Shown here: piece by piece, positions 9,868 through 19,896 of the stretch
Numbering within the stretch: position 1 is the first letter of the stretch
Layout of the letters: every line of letters starts with the position of its first letter
Assembly (NCBI RefSeq): GCF_001194135.2
Contig: NC_068996.1
Location: 39,532,783-39,565,742 of the forward strand
Source of the DNA: Octopus bimaculoides
Lineage: Eukaryota
Length of the DNA stretch: 32,960 nucleotides
Direction: 5' to 3'
Notes under the pieces: generated by a model
The model's input: the letters and a program-made list of their open reading frames with translations, nothing else
What the model was told of the DNA's origin: nothing
Databases searched by the model: none
Position numbers and translations under genes: made by a program

Positions 9868-10260
9868 NNNNNNNNNNNNNNNNNNNNNNNNNNNNNNNNN
9901 NNNNNNNNNNNNNNNNNNNNNNNNNNNNNNNNNNNNNNNNNNNNNNNNNNNNNNNNNNNNNNNNNNNNNNNNNNNNNNNNNNNNNNNNNNNNNNNNNNNN
10001 NNNNNNNNNNNNNNNNNNNNNNNNNNNNNNNNNNNNNNNNNNNNNNNNNNNNNNNNNNNNNNNNNNNNNNNNNNNNNNNNNNNNNNNNNNNNNNNNNNNN
10101 NNNNNNNNNNNNNNNNNNNNNNNNNNNNNNNNNNNNNNNNNNNNNNNNNNNNNNNNNNNNNNNNNNNNNNNNNNNNNNNNNNNNNNNNNNNNNNNNNNNN
10201 NNNNNNNNNNNNNNNNNNNNNNNNNNNNNNNNNNNNNNNNNNNNNNNNNNNNNNNNNNNN

Positions 10261-10388
10261 TTACTAGACAACTTCCAAATTCTCTTTTGCGATTGGGTAA
10301 AAACAATCAAACTTTAAACCTCTGTAACATTTTACCAAATTTTTTTCTGGAACAAATGAGTAACGACATCAGCATCATTGTGCAAAAA
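10261..10388 (+). repeat. Dispersed ~128-bp repeat, second copy at 12094-12221
   Basis: agacaacttccaaattctcttttgcgattgggtaaaaacaatcaaactttaaacctctgtaacattttacc is shared; about 8 differences over the aligned length. Confidence 0.85.
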
Positions 10389-11168
10389 TGGATGCAGCAA
10401 TTCCAAAGCAAATATTGATGATACCTTAAAAGCCAAACACCAGTTTCACAAATCTCACTAACCTCTTTTTTTTGCTGCTTAGTTTGTGAGATTCGGATAT
10501 GTGCGCAATGGTGTGATATAACTTATTTGGCGAAGGTAAAGAATATGCACACTCGGTGTTTAGGGTTACACCGGAAACGGGTGGTGTGCGTATTCTTCAC
10601 CTCTGCCACTTATCTTATTGCTAACGTCGCTTTCTTTGATAATTTTTTGGTAAATAAATATGCTTGTTGTCTTTATTATTTTTTTGTGTATTCACTGTAT
10701 TGTATTGAACAAAATGGTTATGCAGCCCTCGCTTGTCATTCTCTCAGTTATCTGGCCCGCCGTGGAAAAAGTTTGGTGACCCCTGCAGTAGAGGAATGCA
10801 TATGTCAGTTGATTTTTTCCAGGAACAATAATTTTCAGTGACTTGTGGAGAACCTACTCCCACATTCCTGAAATTGACGGCTATGAATTTTCGACATAGA
10901 AAAGTGAACAAGAGCGTCGAGTTTATTAACTCCAAAGATGGTACCCAAACGCAACAAGTGGAAAGCACATGGGTCTGTGTAAAACAAAGAAATTAAGCGA
11001 TGCCGCAGAAACCCATTGTCCTATGGCTGACTCGCATCTCTGTGAGTTATGGTGACGCAGGAGATACGAAAATTGTAATCTGTTTGAGAAACTCCAAAAG
11101 TGTATCTTAAACTTTTATTTTTGAATTTTCGTTACAAAAAATGTATTAATTGTTTACATGAACTAAAC

Positions 11169-11447
11169 CAATGGTTCCCAAAGTGGGTGGTATTGCCCCT
11201 CTCTCCTGGGGGCAGTGGAAAGTTCCAAGGGGGCGTTGAAGAAAAGTGGGGCGATAATGGGGTAGTGATTCATGTAAAAACAACAAAATAATGGGTTCAT
11301 TAGGTTAAGTTTTATTTGTGAAATACAGTTGCTTTGAATTTGCTTTAGAAAGAGGTCTACGTTTGTGATGGTTAGTTGGGGTGGGGGCGCTGGGAATATG
11401 GCCTGAGTGTCAAGGGGGCGGCAGCCCGAAAAGTTTGGGAACCACTG
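11169..11447. mobile_element. hAT MITE (279 bp) with perfect 8-bp TSD
   Basis: TIRs caatggttcccaaa / tttgggaaccactg. TSD aactaaac at 11161-11168 and 11448-11455. Confidence 0.92.
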
Positions 11448-12734
11448 AACTAAACTATAATATTACTTTTATTCTATTTATTNNNNNNNNNNNNNNNNNN
11501 NNNNNNNNNNNNNNNNNNNNNNNNNNNNNNNNNNNNNNNNNNNNNNNNNNNNNNNNNNNNNNNNNNNNNNNNNNNNNNNNNNNNNNNNNNNNNNNNNNNN
11601 NNNNNNNNNNNNNNNNNNNNNNNNNNNNNNNNNNNNNNNNNNNNNNNNNNNNNNNNNNNNNNNNNNNNNNNNNNNNNNNNNNNNNNNNNNNNNNNNNNNN
11701 NNNNNNNNNNNNNNNNNNNNNNNNNNNNNNNNNNNNNNNNNNNNNNNNNNNNNNNNNNNNNNNNNNNNNNNNNNNNNNNNNNNNNNNNNNNNNNNNNNNN
11801 NNNNNNNNNNNNNNNNNNCATGAAGTTTGGAAACAAGCTTCTTATGACACAGCCATTTTTTTTAATGTACAGTTTGTAGTTTTTCGTAACTTAAAGTAGT
11901 TTGGTTTTGTAATTTTTTGCCCCATCCCGCCCCAAATTTTCATGGAAGATCATTTCCCCCTTTTTCTATTGTCTGTTCCAACGTTTCATATGACTTTATT
12001 CATTTAAACTTATTCAAGACTTCAAAACTTCTTTCAACTTCCGTTTTCGTAATAATATAAAGCATTCCTTTTGCTAAAGTTTGTCGTAATGTTTTACCAG
12101 ACAACTTCCAAATTCTCTTTTGCGATTGGGTAAAAACAATCAAACTTTAAACCTCTGTAACATTTTACCAAAATTTTCTTGGAACAAACGAGTAACGACA
12201 TCAGAATCACTGTGAAAAAATTACACCAAAGATGTGAAAATTTACACTTCATTTTAAAATTTCGAAAACTGTTACAGCAACAGAAAAGATTCGTAAAACC
12301 TTAATTAGCCTAAGGAACGAACTCACATCCAATTCACTTATCTTATCTGCCTACCTGCTTCTTACGCATTTGCAAATAAACTCTCGACCATACATACTCA
12401 CGTGCTTTATCTCCCTGGTCATGTTGGCTTTTTATACACAGTAATATATATGTATACACTGTATGTGCATGTACGTAGGTGTATATACGTGTGTAAGTGT
12501 GTGTGGACATGATGCGGTTGTTGACAGATGGCCGTTACATATTTAGCACGCAGTTTTTTAATTTTAGTTTAAATGTAAGCCTTTAACATATGGTTCAGAA
12601 TATTAGAGGTTAAGTGTACAAACAATCTTATCACATTAAGCTAGTAAGATCGCTAAAAATGAGTCAATGACCAGAATAATTTGTAACTGAAAAGACTTTG
12701 GCGCTGTGCATGAGTAAAAGTGAAAAAAAAATGT

Positions 12735-13870
12735 TGATTACTCTTTCTTTCTCCTTTCCTCTCTTTCTTCCTATTTCTTCTTCTCTCTCTCTTTTCCTCT
12801 TTCTTTTCTTCTCTCTTCCTCTATTTGTCTCTCTTCCTCTCTCTTCTTCTCTCTGTCTCTCCCCTTCTTCCTTTCTCTCCCCTCTCTCCCTTCCTCTCTC
12901 CTCTCTCGCTTCCTCTCTCCTTCTCTCTTCCTCTCCTCCTCTCTCTCCCTCTTTCTGTCTCCCTCTTCTCTCTGTCTCTCTCATCTTTTCTCTTTCTTCT
13001 CTCTGTCTCTTTTCTCTTCTCTCTGTGTCTCTCTTTTCTCTTCTCTCTGTCTCTCTCTTCCTCTTTCTATCTCTCTCCCTCTCTCTTTTCTTTTCCTCTA
13101 TCTTTCTGTCTGTCTCTCTCTCTAACGTACACATACATAGTGTTTCTGTTTCTCACGTATACATAGTAATATACACTCTCTCTCTCTCTCTTTCATGTGC
13201 ATGCAAAGACATAAACTGTTTTCATGTCTCTCTCACATATACAATGATACCCATACACACACACACTTCTCTTTCTCCCCTCTCCTTCTCTTCTTCCCTC
13301 TCCTCTCGTCTTCCTCATGCATACACACTTAAACACACACTATCTGTATCACACAGAAACACACACACACAGATTCTGTCTGTCTGTCTCTTTATCTATC
13401 TATCTATCTATTTCTATCATATAACTCATACATACACATACAAAGACACTTTCTGTGTCTGTCACACATCTACATTGATAAACACACATACCCACACTCG
13501 CATACGCATACGCACACACACGTTCTCCCTATTCTCCCACGCTCACCCTTTCTCTCTTTCTCTCTCTCACTCTTTACCACATTTACATTCATAAGCAGTC
13601 TTTGTCACTCTCTCTCTCTATCTCTCACTTTCTCTCTCCCTCCCACTCACACAGTGTGATATACATACACACCAACACCTTCTGTCTCTTTTGTCCCTCT
13701 CTTTCTCTCTCCCTTCCTCTGTTACACACTCCTGCACATTAATGTAGTAATAGGAACACAGTCTCTATCTCTCTCTCTTTCACGTGCTTTTCTCCCTGTC
13801 TCGTTGTTCTCTCTCTCGTTTCTCTCTCTCACTTTTTCTTTCTATCTCTCGTCCCCTGAACACGTATATA
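12735..13870. repeat. CT-rich and CA-rich low-complexity/microsatellite tract
   Basis: Degenerate (CT)n followed by (CA)n and (TCTA)n runs. Confidence 0.9.
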
Positions 13871-13985
13871 CGTATACACATGCATACAGATGTGTGTGAA
13901 TTGTTGACATATTCTGATCGAGATAAATAAATATTCATACTTACAGAGGGACAAATGTTTATTCAGGTTTTCTTCAGAGAGACTT

Positions 13986-14110
13986 TAGGTTTAAGGAGAA
14001 ATGTATGTATATATGTGGCTTTCATGCCTTTCCTAAGCGACACGTGGAATTATTGAAAAGACTAACATTTGTGTACATGTATGTATGTATGTGTATGTAT
14101 GTATGTGCAT
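13986..14110 (+). mobile_element. Short retroposed element with (TGTA)n tail; second copy at 17171-17334
   Basis: taggtttaaggagaaatgtatgtatatatgtggctttcatgcctttcctaagc...ctaacatttgtgt is shared between the two loci. Confidence 0.75.
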
Positions 14111-14122
14111 CATGTATGCGTG

Positions 14123-14276
14123 TACTAGCGTAACTAGAGTGTGTGCCACACGGAGCGGCACTTCCGTTTACCACCCCAGGATCCCATAAAAAAGAAACAC
14201 ATATTGAACTGCAGCAGACCCTAAGGTCCACCCCTTTAAAAGTGTCGCCCCTACCGCCCCACTAGCTACGCTAGTG
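14123..14276. mobile_element. hAT-type MITE (154 bp) with 15-bp TIR and 8-bp TSD
   Basis: TIRs tactagcgtaactag / ctagctacgctagtg. Flanks tatgcgtg (14115-14122) and tatgcatg (14277-14284). Confidence 0.8.
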
Positions 14277-14710
14277 TATGCATGTGTGTGTATGCATGTG
14301 TGAGCGAATGTGTGTATGGATATGTGTGTGTGTGTGTGTGTAAAGTTCTTTGGATGTTATGTTTGTAAGAATGAGCAAGAATTTTTTTGTTACTCTATAC
14401 AAAAGTCATATTTAATGTAGGGCAGAGTTCCACTAATTATTAAGACAATTCTGTCGTCACATTAGAAAAGCAGCTTTTCAATGATACTCTCTTCCTGCTT
14501 GCACTTATGTAGTTTTAGAGAATCAGTACACGCAGACCAATTCTACTCTTTAGACTTGAGGATTTAATCACAGTGGCTCAGTGAGCTAAAATGGTTGCAG
14601 TCTAATCAACTGTAATCTCCACAAAAATTTGCAGCTTTGTGCAACTGGGCGATGAATATTGATCTATAATCACACTGATGGTAGTGTATTGACATCTTAT
14701 AGCAGACGAC

Positions 14711-15005
14711 TGTTATATGTTCAATGTCCGGAGTTTTATCCACGCATGCGCAGGGACTAGTTCCGGAAGGAATACAGGAAGAGTCTCATGCGCATGCGTA
14801 GAGTTCGACACCCAGCTTTGGCGCCTTTTCTCAGTCTCTTTGTTGACTGATCTCTGTCGAGCCAAGACGTCCAACAGAGCTCTCTCACATGTCAGCACCA
14901 GAGCTTCACAAATAACCACGGAAATTATTCAGAAGGTGTCTCAGTAACCGAGGGCGACGAGCTACCGAATTCCCTCCAAGCGTGAACTGAATTCCACTGT
15001 AAATA
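14711..15005 (+). other. CpG-containing non-repetitive block: possible LTR start (TGTTA...) or promoter-like segment with NRF1/ETS-type motifs
   Basis: Starts tgttatatg. Contains gcatgcgca, tgcgcatgcg and ccggaag. The right end is lost in a gap. Confidence 0.3.
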
Positions 15006-15699
15006 NNNNNNNNNNNNNNNNNNNNNNNNNNNNNNNNNNNNNNNNNNNNNNNNNNNNNNNNNNNNNNNNNNNNNNNNNNNNNNNNNNNNNNNNNNNNNNN
15101 NNNNNNNNNNNNNNNNNNNNNNNNNNNNNNNNNNNNNNNNNNNNNNNNNNNNNNNNNNNNNNNNNNNNNNNNNNNNNNNNNNNNNNNNNNNNNNNNNNNN
15201 NNNNNNNNNNNNNNNNNNNNNNNNNNNNNNNNNNNNNNNNNNNNNNNNNNNNNNNNNNNNNNNNNNNNNNNNNNNNNNNNNNNNNNNNNNNNNNNNNNNN
15301 NNNNNNNNNNNNNNNNNNNNNNNNNNNNNNNNNNNNNNNNNNNNNNNNNNNNNNNNNNNNNNNNNNNNNNNNNNNNNNNNNNNNNNNNNNNNNNNNNNNN
15401 NNNNNNNNNNNNNNNNNNNNNNNNNNNNNNNNNNNNNNNNNNNNNNNNNNNNNNNNNNNNNNNNNNNNNNNNNNNNNNNNNNNNNNNNNNNNNNNNNNNN
15501 NNNNNNNNNNNNNNNNACTTCCCTGGTCTCTATCCTTTCCTAAGACACTCAAAAAGCAATGAGGGTTTGTACTTGGAATTTCTTCCCTGGGTAAAAGGTA
15601 AAGACCCCCTTCAGTCATGAATGACCATGGAATTACACATGGAAAGTCTGGGCAAGGTTGTTTATGGAAGCCCTCTCCAGCCTCCCCTCTCCAAGCCAT

Positions 15700-15900
15700 C
15701 GATGTTATCCAGGGAAGGGCAAAGGTCGATACAGTTTGGCACCAATAATGTTGAAATTCATTTCTACAGCTGAGTGAACTGGAACAATGTGAAATAAAGT
15801 GTCTTGCTCAAGAACACAACACGGAGCCCAGTCTGGGAATTGAGCTCACTACCTCATGATTGTAAGCCCGACACTCTAATTACTGAGTCATGCACCTTCA
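15700..15900 (-). mobile_element. tRNA-derived SINE (family 3); related fragments at ~16130-16258 and ~32500-32632
   Basis: Shared gagtg(a/g)actggagcaatgtgaaat(a/g)aagtgt(c/t)ttgctcaagaacacaa and a reverse tRNA-like head (gggaattgagctc...ctctaattactgagtca). Confidence 0.6.
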
Positions 15901-16754
15901 CCATGCTAATTAACCCATAACTTAGACTCAGGTGTTACTACCCTGGGGAAGAGTAGACCTGAAAACAATAATGGCTGAGAGGTGGTTCCACTCTCCTCAA
16001 AACCCTAGAATTCTTGAACCAAGGTTCCACCACCTGATAGAATCCAAATTAGATGTTTCGTTAGTTCACATTATTCTGTAAAGAGTTTCCTAGTTTCTCC
16101 GATGTGTATATTCCCCTACTGCAGGATTATTCATTTTTACCAGCTGAGTGGACTGGAGTAACATGAAATGAACGCAACGTATCACCCAATCCAGGAATCG
16201 AAACCATAATCTTACTTTCATGAATCCAACACTCTAACCACTGAGCCATTTGCCTCCTCAAATTAAACGCTTGCAATCTACCAATTCCAATTTGGTAATT
16301 CTACACATGATTTGTTCCAATAGTTACTATACTAACCTAGAACCTTTTTAAATGACTGGGTGTTTAATACTTGATACTTAAACTAATCAAATCTGGTTTA
16401 AATATTCTACTTGTCTTATGTTCAAGCTGGCCAGATCTGGCCTCTCACTTTTACCCTACAATGTCATTCTGAAACTAAACAATCATATCACTGAAATCTT
16501 GAAGCTATGGGACAATGCATAGTTAATACAAAACAACGTGAATAAATAAATTTTACAGTTGACAGAGGGATCTGTATGCTAAATGAATAAGGTTGGTCCA
16601 ATACTTGGAAAACTTCCGAAATTCAATAGACTTTTAATTAAACAAATTACATTAATCAAATTGGATTATATAGCAGTGTCAATGTGGCAAATTCATTCCA
16701 TTTTTGTTGGATGCTTGTTAACAGGCACACCTTTCTCCTTCTCTGTTTGGGTTG

Positions 16755-16865
16755 CATTAGAATCATCGTTGTCACCATCATTGTCATCATCATCATTACC
16801 ATCATCATCATCATCATCATCATCTTCATCATCATCGTCATCATCATTGTCATCATCATCATTAC

Positions 16866-16902
<37 letters not shown>

Positions 16903-16930
16903 GTGGTCGTCATCGTCGTTATCTTCATCT
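16755..16930. repeat. (CAT)n trinucleotide microsatellite
   Basis: Direct read of the sequence. Confidence 0.95.
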
Positions 16931-17140
16931 TAGCCACTTTAAACATTCATTCTTCCACTGTTCCATGGGTTAGATGGAATTCATTAAAGCAGATTTTCTA
17001 TGGCTAAATGTCCTTCTCTTCTTCAGTCTTTACCTGTTTCCGAGTAATCTAATATTTTCCTTTGGCCTGACATCTTTTCAGAGAAGACTGAGGTACCCTG
17101 TTTGGGGTACCATGTTTGTGTGATGGTGGCACTCATTCGT

Positions 17141-17502
17141 ATCAGGACAATTACCCCACCTTGGACAATTTAGGTTTAAGGAGAAATGTATGTATATATG
17201 TGGCTTTCATGCCTTTCCTAAGCACGCACGTGGAATTATTGAAGAGACTAACATTTGTGTCCATGTATGTAATGTATGTATGTATGTATGTGTATACATG
17301 TGTGTTTGTGCATGTATATGTGCATGTATGTATAGACAATTACCCCTGACGACAACTACCCCCAGGACAATTACCCCACTTGGTTAATTACCCACTCTCT
17401 AATATATTAAGAAGTTTTAAATCATCATCTGTTGTCCTCAGGGGTAATTGTCCTTAGGGAGGGGGGTTATTTCCATGGAGTGAGGGTAAATGTCCAAGAC
17501 TC
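17141..17502 (+). mobile_element. Non-autonomous element built of ggacaattacccc subrepeats with subterminal inverted repeats (DINE/HINE-like); inverted copy at 31075-31307
   Basis: 31075-31307 is the reverse complement of 17141-17502 once the 17171-17334 insert is removed (ctctc.aatatattaagaagtt...aaatcatcatct shared). Confidence 0.65.
17171..17334 (+). mobile_element. (TGTA)n-tailed short retroposon inserted with 7-bp TSD
   Basis: gacaatt at 17164-17170 and 17335-17341. Confidence 0.8.
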
Positions 17503-17544
17503 CACTCATTTACAACTATCAACACAATATCTAGAATACACAAG

Positions 17545-17557
17545 CACACACACACAC

Positions 17558-17607
<50 letters not shown>

Positions 17608-17768
17608 NNNNNNNNNNNNNNNNNNNNNNNNNNNNNNNNNNNNNNNNNNNNNNNNNNNNNNNNNNNNNNNNNNNNNNNNNNNNNNNNNNNNNNNNNNNNN
17701 NNNNNNNNNNNNNNNNNNNNNNNNNNNNNNNNNNNNNNNNNNNNNNNNNNNNNNNNNNNNNNNNNNNN

Positions 17769-17805
<37 letters not shown>
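17545..17805. repeat. (CA)n microsatellite spanning a gap
   Basis: Direct read of the sequence. Confidence 0.95.
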
Positions 17806-17806
<1 letters not shown>

Positions 17807-17810
17807 TTGA

Positions 17811-18273
17811 AGGGCTTCTTCTTCCAGTTTCTATCTACCAAATCCACTCTCAAGACATTGGTTGGCCCGGCGCTATAATTGAAAGCACTTGTCCAAGTTA
17901 GTATGTAGAAGGACTAAACCCAGAACCAAGTGGTTGTTTCAGCCACCAGTCGAAAGAATTGAACCCAATACTTCTTTCTTCAAGTCTGGTATTCTTTCTA
18001 TCAGTCTCCTTTGCCCAACCACCAACTACAGGGAGGTAAACAAACCAACATTGGTTGTCAACTGATGTTGGGGAACAAGCGTAGAACACAAACACACACA
18101 CACACATATATGTAACAGGTTTCTTTCATTCCCTCTTTACCAAATCCACTCAGAAGGCTTTGGTCTGCCTGAAGCTATAGTTGAAGACACTTGCCTAAGA
18201 TGCCACACAGTGGGTATGAACCTGGAAGCATGTGGTTGAGAAGCAAGCTTCTTACCACACAGTCACACCTGTG
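17811..18273 (-). mobile_element. Two SINE family 1 fragments (tRNA head plus CORE-like ccttgggcaagtgtctt)
   Basis: ctaccaaatccactc...gaagacacttgcc(t)aag...ggaagcatgtggttg...cttcttaccacacagtc. Confidence 0.75.
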
Positions 18274-18517
18274 CTTATATGATACAAAATTTCCATTTTA
18301 AAGTGATCTAAATTAAAACTTTCCACCCCCAAAAAAACTTCAGACTGATTTAGGGTTTCAGGGACCAGTTTAATATAATAACGAAGTAATCTTACTAAAT
18401 TCTCCTTAATTTCAAAATTAATTGGTGCAAAACCAATGTACTTCTACAGAAATGTAATAATGGAACAGGTTAATCTATTAAATGTGAACTGTAACGAATC
18501 AAAAATAATTTTTAATA

Positions 18518-18734
18518 CAGTAATCCCTGGATTATCACAGGTATTATGTTCCAAAACCTGCCATGATAGGTGGAAATCTGCAGAGTAGAAACAGTGCTGT
18601 AATGTATATTTTAAAAAATTATTTCTATGATTTGCATATATCTATTTTATTATCAATGCAAAACAACACCACAGAGGTAATCACGTAAGATTAAATAATA
18701 AACTGCAATAATGCGATAAGGCAAGGGATTACTG
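18518..18734. mobile_element. Tigger/pogo-type MITE (217 bp), TA TSD; degraded relative at ~23300-23515
   Basis: ta|cagtaatccct ... agggattactg|ta. The internal caggtattatgtt(c/g)caaa...gtagaaaca...aatgcaaaacaaca is shared with 23300-23515. Confidence 0.85.
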
Positions 18735-18738
18735 TACG

Positions 18739-18793
<55 letters not shown>

Positions 18794-18814
18794 GCATGTG
18801 TGTGTTTGTGTGTA

Positions 18815-18845
<31 letters not shown>

Positions 18846-19619
18846 NNNNNNNNNNNNNNNNNNNNNNNNNNNNNNNNNNNNNNNNNNNNNNNNNNNNNNN
18901 NNNNNNNNNNNNNNNNNNNNNNNNNNNNNNNNNNNNNNNNNNNNNNNNNNNNNNNNNNNNNNNNNNNNNNNNNNNNNNNNNNNNNNNNNNNNNNNNNNNN
19001 NNNNNNNNNNNNNNNNNNNNNNNNNNNNNNNNNNNNNNNNNNNNNNNNNNNNNNNNNNNNNNNNNNNNNNNNNNNNNNNNNNNNNNNNNNNNNNNNNNNN
19101 NNNNNNNNNNNNNNNNNNNNNNNNNNNNNNNNNNNNNNNNNNNNNNNNNNNNNNNNNNNNNNNNNNNNNNNNNNNNNNNNNNNNNNNNNNNNNNNNNNNN
19201 NNNNNNNNNNNNNNNNNNNNNNNNNNNNNNNNNNNNNNNNNNNNNNNNNNNNNNNNNNNNNNNNNNNNNNNNNNNNNNNNNNNNNNNNNNNNNNNNNNNN
19301 NNNNNNNNNNNNNNNNNNNNNNNNNNNNNNNNNNNNNNNNNNNNNNNNNNNNNNNNNNNNNNNNNNNNNNNNNNNNNNNNNNNNNNNNNNNNNNNNNNNN
19401 NNNNNNNNNNNNNNNNNNNNNNNNNNNNNNNNNNNNNNNNNNNNNNNNNNNNNNNNNNNNNNNNNNNNNNNNNNNNNNNNNNNNNNNNNNNNNNNNNNNN
19501 NNNNNNNNNNNNNNNNNNNNNNNNNNNNNNNNNNNNNNNNNNNNNNNNNNNNNNNNNNNNNNNNNNNNNNNNNAATAATATGTGAGTATATGCATATATA
19601 CATACATGTATGTACATAC

Positions 19620-19858
19620 CTACATCTACATGTATTTATAGATGCATATCTGGGTACAGGACGTCACAAAAAAACGTGGACAAAATGAAAAACAGACCAT
19701 AAACAGAGCACAGAAAACACACAGGCCACATAGAGAACATTTCCTTCATCAGCTGCCACCATTCTAAAACTAAGCGTTTCGAAGAGTTAGGGCAGGACGC
19801 ATTGTTAGAATGGCTCTTCCTGCGGAAATAAATTAAATTTGTAATCCAGAGGAATATC
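19620..19858 (-). mobile_element. Penelope-like/non-autonomous repeat fragment with GAAAC and CTGATGA motifs
   Basis: Minus strand reads tcttcGAAACgcttagttttagaatggtggcagCTGATGAaggaaatg, motifs typical of Penelope pseudo-LTRs. Family assignment is tentative. Confidence 0.35.
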
Positions 19859-19863
19859 ATGTG

Positions 19864-19895
<32 letters not shown>

Positions 19896-19896
19896 A

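Larger units (their letters stand above)
8340..10461 (+). pseudogene. hAT transposase pseudogene (GTF2IRD2/EPM2AIP1-like)
   Basis: FIKECMMEAA...YSLSLDEST...QLLAFIRG...TTGENIF, then IHC...HRQFQTFL...LPYHTAVKWL...FLVDITSHMNELNLKLQG. C-terminus ...NIDDTLKAKHQFHKSH* ends at about 10461. Multiple stops and frameshifts. Confidence 0.85.
8197..10785 (+). mobile_element. hAT (Charlie/GTF2IRD2-like) DNA transposon, decayed, inserted in Merlin
   Basis: Left end ggtcaccaaactacagctcgcggggcggacccggcccgcc. Right end tggcccgcc...aaaagtttggtgacccctg (10785). The outermost ~4 bp of the left TIR are missing and no TSD was found. Confidence 0.8.
7955..11120 (+). pseudogene. Merlin (ISXO2/IS1016-like DDE) transposase relic split into ~7955-8196 and 10786-11120
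   Basis: Left part: YVREICAEDL...QIGGPEKIVEIDET...EQWVSGGMC...AVPSRS. Right part: PGTIIFSDLWRTY...GYE...RKVNKS.EFI...DGTQTQQVESTW...HLCELW*RRRY. The three catalytic-type motifs (EIDET, SD, VES) are in order. Confidence 0.8.

Noticed and set aside
9723-11899. Long ORFs made mostly of X (also at 14962, 17432, 18653-19688, 22503 and 29739)
   Set aside because: Artifacts of N-gaps read through as open frames.
12664-13594. 156-298 aa R/E-rich and S/L-rich ORFs
   Set aside because: Translations of (CT)n/(GA)n low-complexity DNA.
16370-16590. Possible piggyBac-type MITE remnant
   Set aside because: Resembles a repeat type I associate with octopus DNA, but no TIR pair, TTAA TSD or second copy can be shown in this window.
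16583-17007. Poly-S, poly-M and poly-I ORFs
   Set aside because: (CAT)n microsatellite read in different frames.
17141-17502. ggacaattacccc repeats as a CRISPR-like array
   Set aside because: Eukaryotic context, irregular short spacing, and the whole unit recurs inverted at 31075. It is a dispersed element.
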